From: Rhynchopus sp. YZ270_cl-10
Taxonomy: Eukaryota
Length of the DNA: 64,000 nucleotides
Direction: 5' to 3'
Assembly (NCBI GenBank): GCA_964035575.1
Contig: OZ037842.1
Coordinates: 1,612,001 to 1,676,000, forward strand
A model generated the notes under the pieces. The model saw nothing but the letters and a program-made list of their open reading frames with translations, was not told where the DNA came from and searched no databases. Below, piece by piece: positions 35,424 to 47,900 of this stretch (position 1 is the stretch's first letter; each line of letters starts with the position of its first letter). The position numbers and the translations under genes were made by a program.

Positions 35424-38400
35424 ATGTTGCGCCTGAGCGCAGCAACGATGTTGCGTCTAAGCGGAAGCCTGGCGCTGCTCGCCACTGCAGCAGCGCTGCA
35501 GGACTGTGGGTACTGTGCAGGACGCTGGCACGACGAGGCGTCGGATGACTGGATGCACGTGGCGGAGGACAGCTGCATGCTGACGAGCAAGTACGGAGCG
35601 GTACAGATGGTCGGTGTGCAGGTGACACCTGCGTCTGGGATTCTGAAGACCCTCGGGATCACAGGGGAGTTCAATGAGGCGACGATGTCGATCAGGTGGA
35701 GCAACGGTGTTGCGTGGAACATGCTGCCTGCATCGGGCATGAGTGGCGGTGGTGGTGGTGGTGGTGGCAGTGGCAGTGGCAGTGGTGTGGACAGCAGGGT
35801 GGTGCAGCTGGAGATGCTTGTGGAGAAGCTTTTTGGCGAGACGCAAGCACTGCGCGAGGCAGTTGCCTCTCTGTCGACGTGCAGCGGGTGTCCCTTGGCC
35901 AATGGCACTGCCTCGCCTGGCGAGACGTCTGTGCCCGACACAAACTCCCCACCAGGGATGACACGTGCTCCTCCCACCAAGGCACCGCTCACACCTGCAC
36001 CCCGCACAGCCGCACCCCCTACCATGGCTCCGCTCACACCTGCTCCACTCACTCCTGCACCTCCCACAGTCGCACCACCGACAGTTGCACCACCGACAGA
36101 CGTACCCGGCGTGAGCCCAACCACAGACGAGCTGCAGCAGCTTGCCGCACGTGTTGACATCCTTGAGCAGTCGCCTGGGAAGGCAGGACGTGACGGCTAC
36201 TGCGCAGTTGAGCCGAACATGACGTGGACGTACGTGCCTGTCGCACGCTACCCGAGAACGGTGTCCGGGCGCGAGTGTGTGACGGGAGCCATCTCGCCAC
36301 GTGGGCCACCCGGCTCGGCAGGCAAGCCGACAATGATGACGACGCCGTTCATGACGGAGGCGAAGTGCAAGTGGGGGTCTGCGATCCACGCAGACGCGAT
36401 CTACGCGTACACGGGCGACGAGATGGTGTTCTGGCGTGCGGGTGATAAGAGGTACAACGTCTACCAGTTGAAGAACAAGCCGTCGTGGGACAACTGCGAC
36501 TTCGAAGGTGCAACGCTGTTGGCAGGGCAGCTCGACCTTGAGGCAAAGGAGGCTGCTGGGAACAACTTCACGATTGTGCTGGACAAGCCTGGTGCGTACT
36601 ACTTCGCCTCGGACACGGCAGGCAAGGTGGGCGACGAGCGCAAGGAGAACTGCTGGCACTACAGGTCTGATGGAACGTACCCAGGTCAAAAGAGCAACTG
36701 GGGACGTGGTGTGAAGATGGCTGTGATCGTGCTGGAGCCCTCGAAGGAAGTGCTTGCCGAATGTCCTCTTTACGATGCGTCGAAGTTTGGTGTGAGCGGC
36801 GGGCAGGCAGCAGACTCGGAGTCTGTGGAGAGGCTGAAGGGTGCTGTGGGTGCCATCAGCCGCCAACTCATCCAGTACGAGGTGCGTCTGCAGGAGCGTG
36901 TGCGTGCCCAGGGTAACAGCGGCATCACAGTGACCCGTGCGAAGGGACAGGGCAGCGACGCATATTTCCAAACGTCCTTCGTTGGCTCTGGCCCAGGTAA
37001 CGCACACAACCACGCAGACAACAAGCTCACGATCGGCCTTGGTGAGTTTGGTGCGGTGCTGAACGGTGTGCAGTTCACGACACGTCACAACGACTACTCG
37101 CTTGTGCAGCCAGACGAAACGAAGACAGAGGAGGAGTACATGAGCACGTGGCCCACCAAGTCCAGGGCCATCGACCTTCCGGGCGTGCCGCAGTCTGTGC
37201 TTGACAAAGGCTCGGTGAACGACCAGATTGTGGAGATGCGCGAGTACTTCCGTGCCTTCCACGAGCAGGACTCGTCCATCCGTGCTGACTACGACAAGTA
37301 CTTCAAGGCGAACCTGTGCTACCTGGAAGGCACCTGGACAGAGGCACAGGAGAGCGTGGCAGAGCCGTTTGCCTCTGACCGTCACCACATCGATGCAGAC
37401 ACGTGGGAGGACCTGCACGCGAAGACGAACTACCTTTTCAACAACGGACAGAAGTCTTCAGCAGAGAACCTTCCGTTCCTTCCCACCGCCTTCCGTGCCA
37501 TGCGTGAGTCCACCACAGGTGACACATTTGAGCCGAGAACGGCGCAGTGGTTCTACCGCATCAACTGCGTCCCGATCAACGAAAAGGTGTCGACGAAGCG
37601 CTTCCGTGCCGCGAACGCACTGCACCTGCAGTTCTCTCGCACTAAACCTGCAACGAAGAAGTCTGTGGCAGACACGTCGCGTGGGATGTTTGAGCTGAAC
37701 CCCACTCTGCGTGAGAGATACGACGACGAGAAGGAATGGCCACGTGGCGGGACAAGCCTCGAGTTCCTGGACCAGCTCATGCAGCAGATCCCTGGGTTCA
37801 ACGGTCCCAAGGCGTTCCTGGACGACAAGTCCTTTGGGCCGACGTGCACAAACCACAACGGATCTGGTGAACTGAACTCTGCACGCTACTCGCGCTACTA
37901 CGCCATTTCCGGCAAGGACGCGATGGGGAACGAGAAGAAGAAGCGTTCGTACAACGATCTGCTTTTTGCTGCACAGACCACACACAAGAGAGTGAGTCCG
38001 CAGGAGGCGTGCCAGGACTACGCCGACAACGACTTCGCCACGAGCGACGACAAGGCGCGTGTCAAGGAATGTGCAGCGATCAAGGACAAGTTCGACTGCT
38101 TCGGACACGCGAAGTGGGAGGGCGATGCGGACACTGGATCCTCAAGCGCGAAGTGTGTGTGGACAGGGAAGTGTGTGTACAAGAAGTGCTGGACACAGCG
38201 TTGGTCGTACGCAATCCCACTTGAGATCATCTACACGACACCCCTCACGGAGTGGAACCCCTACAACATCGACTACTTCGAGAAGGGGACCGACGAGTAC
38301 AACAACGTCAACTCGAACGGCAAGAAGGGTACGGAGAGCGCACCCTACGAGGGGTCGCGCAGGAACGTGTTCTTCCGCACACCTGCAGACTTCTTCAGCA

Positions 38401-39266
38401 AGGATCTTGCGGACCGCGACGCTGCCGACACCTCTGGTGGTGAGACATATGTGAAGGACAAGAGAGGCACCACGCGCAAGGTATGTAATATGCGATGTGA
38501 CCAACATTCCCACACAAACACGTCGAACACAACCTCACATCCACAGGTGCGTGCATCGGGACACTGGCTGATGTTCCCCGAGATTGCAGGCGTTGGGCAC
38601 GTGAGACAACGTTACCCTATCATGCCAATCCACGAGTCCGGTTCCTCGACGTGGAAGGAGACAAAGGCTGTGCAGGAGCTTGTGATGGGGAAGGAAAGCA
38701 GCCAAGCGATCAAGGACATTATTGCAGAGTACCGTGCAGGGTCGTATGGGGCAGAGCTGATCCTCATGTCTGGGGCGGGACACGAGCACAGGGTATGGGA
38801 TTGGTTTATTGCATTTGTCATATGTTGACACTCCTCTACTCCCCTGCTGGATTTACATGAGTTCTTTTTGATTTGTTTTTGCTACCAACTATTGTGAACA
38901 GATCTCGCTGAGCTCGAACGACATGAACCGTCTTGTGAAGAAACAGATAACGACGATCAGGAAACTCAGCACCACAGACGTGTCGCACATGCACTACGTC
39001 GAGGTACGTGCCACCACACCACACCACACATGCTTTCCACAACCAACCAAACACACCACACACTCCAGGTGAGCTACGACGAGGCAAGAGGCAGCGGAAA
39101 GGAGTTCGACCTGAACTGGTGCACAACTGTGACCGCACAAAGCTCTGAGTCCTGCCCAAGTTCAGTTGCCTCTGACCCCACAAAGTGCGGGAAGACGAAG
39201 TCTGGCTTCGACTGCTGCTACGGAAAGTGCCCCGACAACCACCCCAATGTGGAGTTGGTGGTGTAG
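35424..39266 (+). CDS. Large secreted protein: signal peptide, TxAP/PPT repeats, phytocyanin-like cupredoxin fold, long conserved C-terminal domain (exons 35424-38480, 38547-38792, 38902-39003, 39069-39266)
   Basis: Hydrophobic N-terminus. (T/P)xAP repeats at ~35930-36110. YNVYQL...WDNCDF...LDKPGAYYFAS...C...GVKMAVIV. Three frame-preserving GT-AG introns. His pairs GHEH/SHMH near the C-terminus. Confidence 0.8.
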
Positions 39267-41926
39267 GACAGTGTTCTGCTCTGCTGTGCTGTAAGGTGTC
39301 CACACACGACCACTACCCCGCTTCGCTGTTGGGGGAGTCGCGATAGATGTGTGTTTGTTCTTTCGTTGTTATCTTATCATTACTTCACGTGTGTTTCCTT
39401 TCAAGAAGGTGCACCCTTCGGTGTGCCGTTCTTCATTATTGCCATTGCAAACAGTTTCCTTGCTCTGCATCAAACAGCAACGATCAAGACCCCAGGACCT
39501 GTTATTTTGTTTTTGTTTTTGGTTTTTTTTTTCTTTTGCACTGCCCATTGGTTTGTGGAAGATGCAAACGTCGGTATTCTATTCCTTACTTGACGTCTAC
39601 TATGTGTACCGTGTGGTGCACGCTTCTTATCTAGGAATCTATTATCTAGGAAGTATTGCTTCATTTTTTTTTTGCCTCTCTTTTTTGGAAATACACTCAA
39701 TTGCAATACTGCTACGTAGCTTTACGAAAGAAGGATTGATAAAGGCAACAGTTGTTTGCCATGTACTCTGCTCAACCCCGTCACCACTATTGAGGCAGTT
39801 GCACCGTTGGTGCTGCCGTTAGCGTGAATGCCCCACAGCAGATGAGTGTGGCTGCCTCAAAGCTGGCACACAGCGGGATGGGTGTTGGGCAGGCTATGCG
39901 TCACTTTCTGTTTGTTTGTTGCTACGTCTTTCTTGGTATGTTAGGCATTGATTGGTCTGGTCAAATAATAATGTGTGCAATACAAGGGCTGTTTCACTAC
40001 AGGGCCTTTGCAAAGACACCACAAGGTGAAGGTCTTGGCATGTTTCTCTTTTTTTGTGCTAAGAAACGACAATGTGCTGTGCTCAAATTCAGCTTCATGC
40101 AAGCCTCTGTTGAAGTGCTTCTCCACTGCTGGTTGGTTGTTTGTCCTGTGTGCGTGTAGCTTTCATTTCATCCTGTTCCCCCAGGAATTCCCCTCCCCAC
40201 TGTTGGCAAAATAAAGTACGAACACGAAAAGGGTAAGCGTGCAGAACGTAGCTTCCAATACCCAAGGACTTTTCTGTCTTTTTTTTTTAAAAATTATTCC
40301 TCCTAACCTTGCTTTAAAGGAGAAATAGTATTACCGGGTACGGTCGCCAATCATCCCTCAAACAGGAGGATTGTGCAATCAACGAAAACAACATTACTTA
40401 CCTACCGATCCTATTTTATTGTTGTGTATTCTGCACGACTGATCGTGTTCCGTTTATGTACGTTTACGGCCATTTCTTTACGTTGCTTCTTCATCGTTGC
40501 ATGTTCCCAGCATTGTCAGCGTTAGTTTTTTTTATTATTTTGCTGCAGGCGTTTGACACGTTCTCAGCCCTCTGACTATTATTTTAGGTGACTAAGCATA
40601 GGCTTAGGTTCCTCTTTTAAACATTTGTTTTTATTTGCGTTATTGGTGTGGCTGAAACCAGCTATTTTGCCTAAAAGTCCACAAACTTGTACATTTTTTT
40701 TTTTGGGCTCGGACACATCAGTCATTTGTTTTTTATTTGTTTGCTGCAATAATAACTTCACTTTTGTTTTGTTTCACAACGGCTATTGTGTTGGGTGCGG
40801 ATGCTTTCTTCACTCCTTCGCAAAATGCACCCATTTATTCCCGGTGGAGTGTCTTGCTGTGCGTCCGCGGTTGCACAGTCAAGTTCATTTCGAATCATGA
40901 GAGGCCTGGTATGACGTGGTGCAGTGTTTAGCCCCTTCGGGATGCTCACTGAACCACCCTGCACTACCACCACACATCACTTTTTATTTTGTTTATTTTT
41001 GCTTTACGCTGTCTATTGGTTCTTTGTCACATCTGCCTCCATTGCGGGGTACTCAACAACAACAATGAATCTGACTCTTATTCAGGCCCTTAGGGTGGTA
41101 CTTTTTGCTGGTCAGCGGACCAGCAACCCTAGGTATTGCTGGTCCGGGTCTAAAAAAAAAAAAATAACAATAGATTTTTTTTGAGATTTTTTTTTGAGAA
41201 TCCCACCAGAACAGTCGGGTGTGTCACAGATGCAGAGACCCTGGGGGCTCAAGGGTACACCGTGGGAGACCAGAACGCGACTCAATTGGTCAAACGCCGA
41301 AGGAAAAGGAAGCATGCAGCATGGCGAAATAAAAAAAGTAGCGTACCGTGCGCCTGCGGCGCAATCTTGCCAACCCACCTTCCTATGACATAGTTTGGCA
41401 GTTAAAATGTGCCATTTTAAGGGAATTTTTTTGAAATGTTGCGTACCGTGGCTTCGCCTGGAACCTTTGGGTGCCATGACCGCCGCTTCTTTTATAGATG
41501 TACTGAGGTTACTGATACGAAGGCTGACACCCACTACGGCTTGTGGTTCACCCTCCCCACCCGCCTTTCACGATTTTGTGCATCAGAGGGGAGAAAGCGC
41601 GTCACCTCCCTGCAGTGGCAGGGAGTCTTTTTTTACCACTGTGTGCTTTTCACCTGTTTTTTGCATTGACCAGCAAACCGGGTTTGGACCAGCAGTTGGC
41701 GGCTACCCCCCCGACCACCCTAAGGCCCTGCTCTTATTCTCTCCAAAAAAAAAAATAATGTGCATTTTTTACCATTGATTCACCCGACCAAAATCCTTCC
41801 ACACTCCACTCCCCACCTTTCCCTTTTCAAGGCGACACATAGGGAAATTATTTTAACCTTTTTTCCCCTCTGTTTCGGGTATTTTTGCCATTCCCAAACT
41901 TCACAAAATAGGAAGAGTTTTCCTTT

Positions 41927-44900
41927 ATGATTCCTCAGGCAGTGGAGGCCGCACCAAGAGACGTGGCATCCCCGAGGGATCCTCCCTGGAACGGCGCCCA
42001 CCCTACGTCACGACAGAAGCATGCGCACCTTAAGGCACAACGCCATCCTATTCGCCCAAAAAACCCAAAGCAGAGGACTCAAATGGACAATCAAACGCCA
42101 CAGAGACAAAAGAGCCGCCTGACAAAGGTGCGCCGCTTGCCAAATCAACGTGCGAACTTTGGGGAAATATTTGAGACAGTTCTGTCACCCAGGGCGTCGC
42201 CGCGGAAGGGTAGCGTAAAGGCATTTCGTAGTGTGGTCGACAGTGTGGACCCTCTGCTGCACTGCTACGCTGATGACCTTGCGTGGCAAGAGACTTTGGA
42301 TGCGATGTGCCTGCGTGAGGAGCGTTTGAAGCAAAGCTTTGAGACGTTGCTGCTGACAGGGTCGACGCAGACATCCGGACCACTGGCATTGGAGACACGG
42401 CATAGTGGTGCGTTGACATGCTTTGCAACAGATGAGAGCGATGGTAGTGACAGCCTTGACGGGACTGCACACAAGGTGGCATGCCTCAGCACGTCGCTCA
42501 TCGCTCAGGTGAAGCAACGCATTGAAGACGGCAAACAGCAGCTTTGGGACACCGACGCAGGTGAACGTGGTGCGGTGACCTCTGCAGAGAAGGGTGTCTT
42601 GCTCACAGAGCTGGTCAATGCACATTCACACTCCGATATCCATCTCTTCACAGCAACCTGCCAGACATTAGTCAACCTTTATGGCTTTCATGAAGAAACC
42701 TCTGAGCTGTGCTTTGACGCAACCGAAGAAAGAGAAGATGAAGACAAAGAACAGCCACAAATCGCCCACAAAGATCCAGTAGGCTTCACCGAAGAAACCC
42801 TGAGAGAGCACGACTGCAAACGCCTCGTCTTTTCACATTCTCCAGACGATGTGTACCCATTATCGCAGATGGCACGCAAAAAGGCGTTGCGCGCATTATG
42901 GGGCACACAACGCAGCTTCATAGACATCACACCGCCCGGCATGGTACCTGCCCGCTCTGTCGTCCCCTTCTCTTCTGACAGCCCCTCTCTTAGCTTCAAC
43001 AACACGACCTTACAGCAGATGGTGTCAGAGGTGGGGGTGCATTTACGGGATGTTTTTTGTGGGAGGTTTCGGCATCGTTTGGGCAAGGTTGTGAGAACAC
43101 TACTTACCTTAGAACGCGAGAAGGAAGGGGACGCGGTGCACGAACTGCTGGAGAATGTGTACTATCTGAGGGACACACCCAATACAAACACTAACACAAC
43201 TGATGCAAAGCGACGGTCACGCGAGGAAGAGGACAGACGCCGCAGACTGCACAGTGGCTGTCTTCTTGAGGAGCCCCTCTGCGCACACGATGGCACCCTC
43301 CTGCGAGACTACTACCCAAAGAAATGCGTTAGTGCGCACGCCCTCCTCAGCACCTCTATCGAAGCCGCCTATCAGGAATACCGTGAACAGGTCCCCCACC
43401 TCCCCTGCGGGGGAGACCCTTCGAAGCTCTCAGTATTCTGCCTGCTGCTTTCCACGACGTCATCTGCGGAGGCAGTCTCGAAGCTTCTCTTTATGCAAAG
43501 TGTTCCAGAAAATAACCGAGCGGAATCTAAATTAAAGGGTTTGGGTCAAATTGGTGCGACCCTGCAGCATGCGTTGGATGTAGTGATGGCAGATGCGTTC
43601 TTTGATGCGTTTGGGTTGGACTGCGATGACAGCAGTGAGGAGGAGGGTGAGGTGAAGGAGATGGTCACGAAGGCGTCGAATTTGAAGAGGATTCAAACGG
43701 AGTTGCGGGAGAAGCTGTTGTTTGAGAAAGAGTTTGTGCGTGCAATGCGTGATGTGGAGGCGGAGGCGAAGGCAGAGAATGGCAGTGCCACGTCCGATAG
43801 CGAGGACGACAGTGAATCCAGCCGCCAAGATAAAAGGCGTGCCGCACCCACCCAAGAGGAGGTAGCGGCTGCCACAGCTGACCTCAAAAAATGGATAAAA
43901 GTCTTCTTCTGTGCACTCTCCGCGCTCGAGACAGAGCACCGCACAGAGCTGCCCAAGGCTGCAACCCAGCACCACGCACTGTTTGAAGAGGAAGCTCCGT
44001 TGTTCACATCCTCCTCCATTGCGTTGCCGCGTGATAAGGATGTCACCAATACAACAGCACCGGTGACAGGAGCAGCAAAGGTTACGAAAATTGCGGTGCC
44101 GGTACCAAGCATAGCGGGGGCAGCGAAGTCTGCAGCAAAGGCAATCCCGATGACAACGATATCAGGGACGGCAGCATCAGTGGCAGCAGCAGCGACACCA
44201 ACGGTAGCGAAAGCAATACCGATGACAAAGCCAACCATGGCAACGCCTACTCCAACGCCAGCAGCGATCGCAGCAGTCGCATTGGCAGCAGCAGCCGCAG
44301 CAGCAGACATCTCACACAGCACTGAGGGCGGCCTCCACATCCACGGCCTCTCCTTTGCACTGCCCCCGGTCAACGGAGTGCGGCATGTCTACTTTGGCCC
44401 GTTCTCCGTTATATCACATCCCCGACGTGTACGCGAGGGTGCAGACTTCTGCAGCACGCTCCGCCGGGTAACAGCACACATCGTCACACAGTCGCGTGAA
44501 CGGCAGCTTCTCTCCAGCCAACGCCACCTCGCTGCCCACGGACACACCGTCGCAGAACGGTCTCTGCACACTGCCGACACGCTGTCCTGCGTCCTTGCAC
44601 AATGGGACGCACGGGTGACACGCCCCCTTGCGATTCGCGCACCGTTCATCCCTCTGACGCTCAACAACGAAGACATGCTTCGGGGGCGTGCCTTGCAGGC
44701 ATGCAGACGGGGGGACAACCACTTCAAGGACTTCTTCGACAACACACCTTTGAACGAGTACTCCCGCATCCAGGGTGCTTTGTGGGGGCTGTACTACGAC
44801 AAGCAGGGCGACGTTTTGGACGAGCTCCTGGACAACCTCAAGAGCACCGACGGTGGCACCAACGTGGTCCCCATTTCTCTGTGTGCTGCGACACACCGCC

Positions 44901-47900
44901 TCTGCCGCTTCTTTGGCGAACACGAGATGAGGTCCGCTGCAGACAAGGCTGCCAAGGGTGTGCACGAATGGGGCGACGACGACGCCTTTCATCTACAGCT
45001 CAGAAGACGCCGTTCGCACAACGGCTACACCGACCGCATCTGTGCAGTGGACTTGCTGTACTTCTTCATCCACCTCCTCAAGGTCGGCACAATGGACCAA
45101 TTCCGCAGTCTCTTCCTGCAGGGCATAGACGACGCTGGGAACACGCCTATGGAGGAAATCAACACTGCCTTCACAGAGCTGAAGAGCGGGGAAGCCGATG
45201 TCAACACGATGGCACAGAAGTGGGTCAAAACGATAATTTTCCTCCAGGTCTTCACAAAAACCTTATTTCGCGAGCGGAAAACCATTATCATCAAAACCTT
45301 TGCCTCTAAAACCCGCGTGGAGGCGTTGCAGGGAAGGTACACTGCGTGGTGTGGGCCTTGCTTTGGGTTGCTTGAGGCGGAGAAGAAGAAGTTCAAATCG
45401 TTAAACGCTGTGGCACATGACTGCGACCCTGACGAAGTTGCCGTGGAATACAAGATACAGAACTGCCCGCACGCCCCTCTGGGTGGGTCTCCTTGGGCCT
45501 TTCTTCCTCTCTTCGAAGTCGTGAAGGTGGCGTCCGTCACACAACGCATGCAGGACGGCGAAGGCGACGGGAAGACATCCTTCTACCACGAAATCATCTG
45601 CGACGTCGTGACCAAGGAGGAGGCCGAGCCCTTCCCAGAAGAGGTCCTCGAGAGTGCACTGTGGGGCATACGCCGCATCAACAAACGCTGCGCCGCAGAA
45701 CGCAAAGTGACACAACGCTCTGCGAAGCTCGTCACCACGGAAACCCATATGCGCACCACCCTCACCACAGAGGCGTCCCTCCACACAGCAAAGCTCTGCC
45801 TCTTATCCGAAGCACTTCGCGTCCACAGCGCTGCCACGCACGCTGCTTCTCAAGAAACCGCACGACTTCTCCTCTTCAAAAGCTTTCTTGACACCGCCAC
45901 TGCCGTCCACAACGACTGTGGCGTCTCCTTCAGCTACCTCTGCGTCTATTCGGAGGAGTTGTCAGAACGGCAAAGGGTTGTCTCGGAGTGCACACAGAGC
46001 ATCTACTGTGATGTGTGGTTTCCTGCTTTGGGCGAGTTGGAGAGGGTGGGAAGGGAGGGGATCGTGGTGGAGGTGCAGGAGGCGTCTGCGCTGCTTGCTT
46101 TGGAGCGTTCGTTTTGTGTGTCTGCGAATTGCATCTTTGTGGAGGAATGTGTCGCGAGGGAGCAGGCGTGGGTGTTGTACTGCGAGCAGAGCAGGCGCTT
46201 TGCGTTGGCGTACGATGCTGTCAGTATATGGGCGCGTCATGTCTTTGCGGAGATCAGCAGCCGTGAAGAGATTCTGCGGAGAACGGAGTACAAGACCTGT
46301 CTCTTTGCCGTGAAGAAGCTGCAGTGTGTGCTCATGCACGGCTGGTGTGCCTCTTCAGTTGCTCTTAAGCGGAATGTTCTCTTCGCAAAGCACTGCACAT
46401 CCTTCGCAGATAGCAGTGAAGTCATCATAAGAGACAGCATCCAACAGCGCTACACCCACTCCGTCGTTGGGTTTGCATTCGAAGTCGAATGGATGAAAGC
46501 AATCTCGCTGTTGTTTCAAAGGCAGGTGAAGGTATTTGACGAGATCGTGCACATCTTTCGGGTGCAGCAGACTGAGGTCTTCGTCAACGCACTCCTGCAA
46601 AGGGAAAAGAACAGCGCCCAGGCGCTCCAGCACGAAGAGAAGAAGGAACGCAAACGGACAGAGCGAAGCTTTGCAATACTCTGTGCAGAGTGCAGAATAG
46701 CTGGCTGTGTGACTCTTGAAACGCAACTTCGGGATGGAATAGAGAAGCAACAGAGCCTGTTTACACGACACATCTTGTCCACATCTGTGATTGCGATCGA
46801 CGCTCACAACGGATTCACCAGGATCATGCAGAAACACCCCAGCCACGTTCTATGCAAACTCCCAACAATATCCGAACACTCATTGCGCAGTACGAAATAT
46901 GCAGGCGCCGTTACGCCCATCGCCGACCCGTCCCTGCTGTTTTGTGCATTGGAGAAGGCAGAGGTGCAGGTGCAGAATGTGTTTGAGGAGATGGTTGTCA
47001 ACCTGAGTGATGGTGCGTCGGTGCAGGAGACGCGCGCTGCGCTGGCAGTGATGTGCGTGCAGCTGTACCGTGCGTTCCTTGATGACAACGAGATGAACGA
47101 CGCTGCAGTGCTGGCGACGTCCCCTCTCCTCCTGCTTGTGGCACACCTCTGCTTCGGTATCGGTGCAGCACAGCGCATCCCTGGCACGTCAGCTTCCCGC
47201 AACATCCTCCGTGAGGTCGTCAACGAAGACAAATGGACACAGACACGTCTCGTTCTCTTCACCGCCATGCAGCTCGTCGGCACAACCCCACCCACCCCAC
47301 CGGCAGACAAGCTCGGTACAATTCTGGTTTCAGCGGTGGGCGGGAAGGGTAACCTCCCTCTTCTCGGGTCGTCTGTTTTTGGTGGCATTGTGGACACTGA
47401 TGTGTCTGCGGCGTTTGTACGTCGTGGCCGTCTACACCGTGCACAGCTGTGCGAAGTGCTGCGTGGTGTGGCCCACGCAGAGTGGTGGGTGCTGCACACC
47501 TTCACAACGCCGTACCAGAGTGTGTGTGGCACGGACCTGCAACGCTTCTGCCTGCAGGCGCTCTCCACAAAGGCACTGCTCTGCCTTGAGGAGCGTGCAC
47601 GCTTTGCAGACAGGCTGCTGCAGTTTGATGTTACCGCCCCTTCAAATCATACACTCTCTGCCCCGTCGCAACAGGTCACAACAAGGCGTACTGGGCTGAG
47701 CAGCACGACCCAGACCACGACTGCAGAGGAGGACGAAGAGGAGGAGGAGGAGGAGGAGGAAACTGAGAGCGACGAAGAGGGTGAGGAGGAGCTGGCGGCG
47801 CCCGCACCAGCAGCGCTAGCACCACCACCGCCACCGCCACCACCAGCAGCAGCAGCAGAGGTAGTGGTGGCAGCTCCACCACCTGAGTGGAGCTGCAGTC

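Noticed and set aside
35457..37418. Long antisense ORFs (also 10223-11758 and many others)
   Set aside because: These are shadows of the biased codon usage of the + strand genes and show no motifs.
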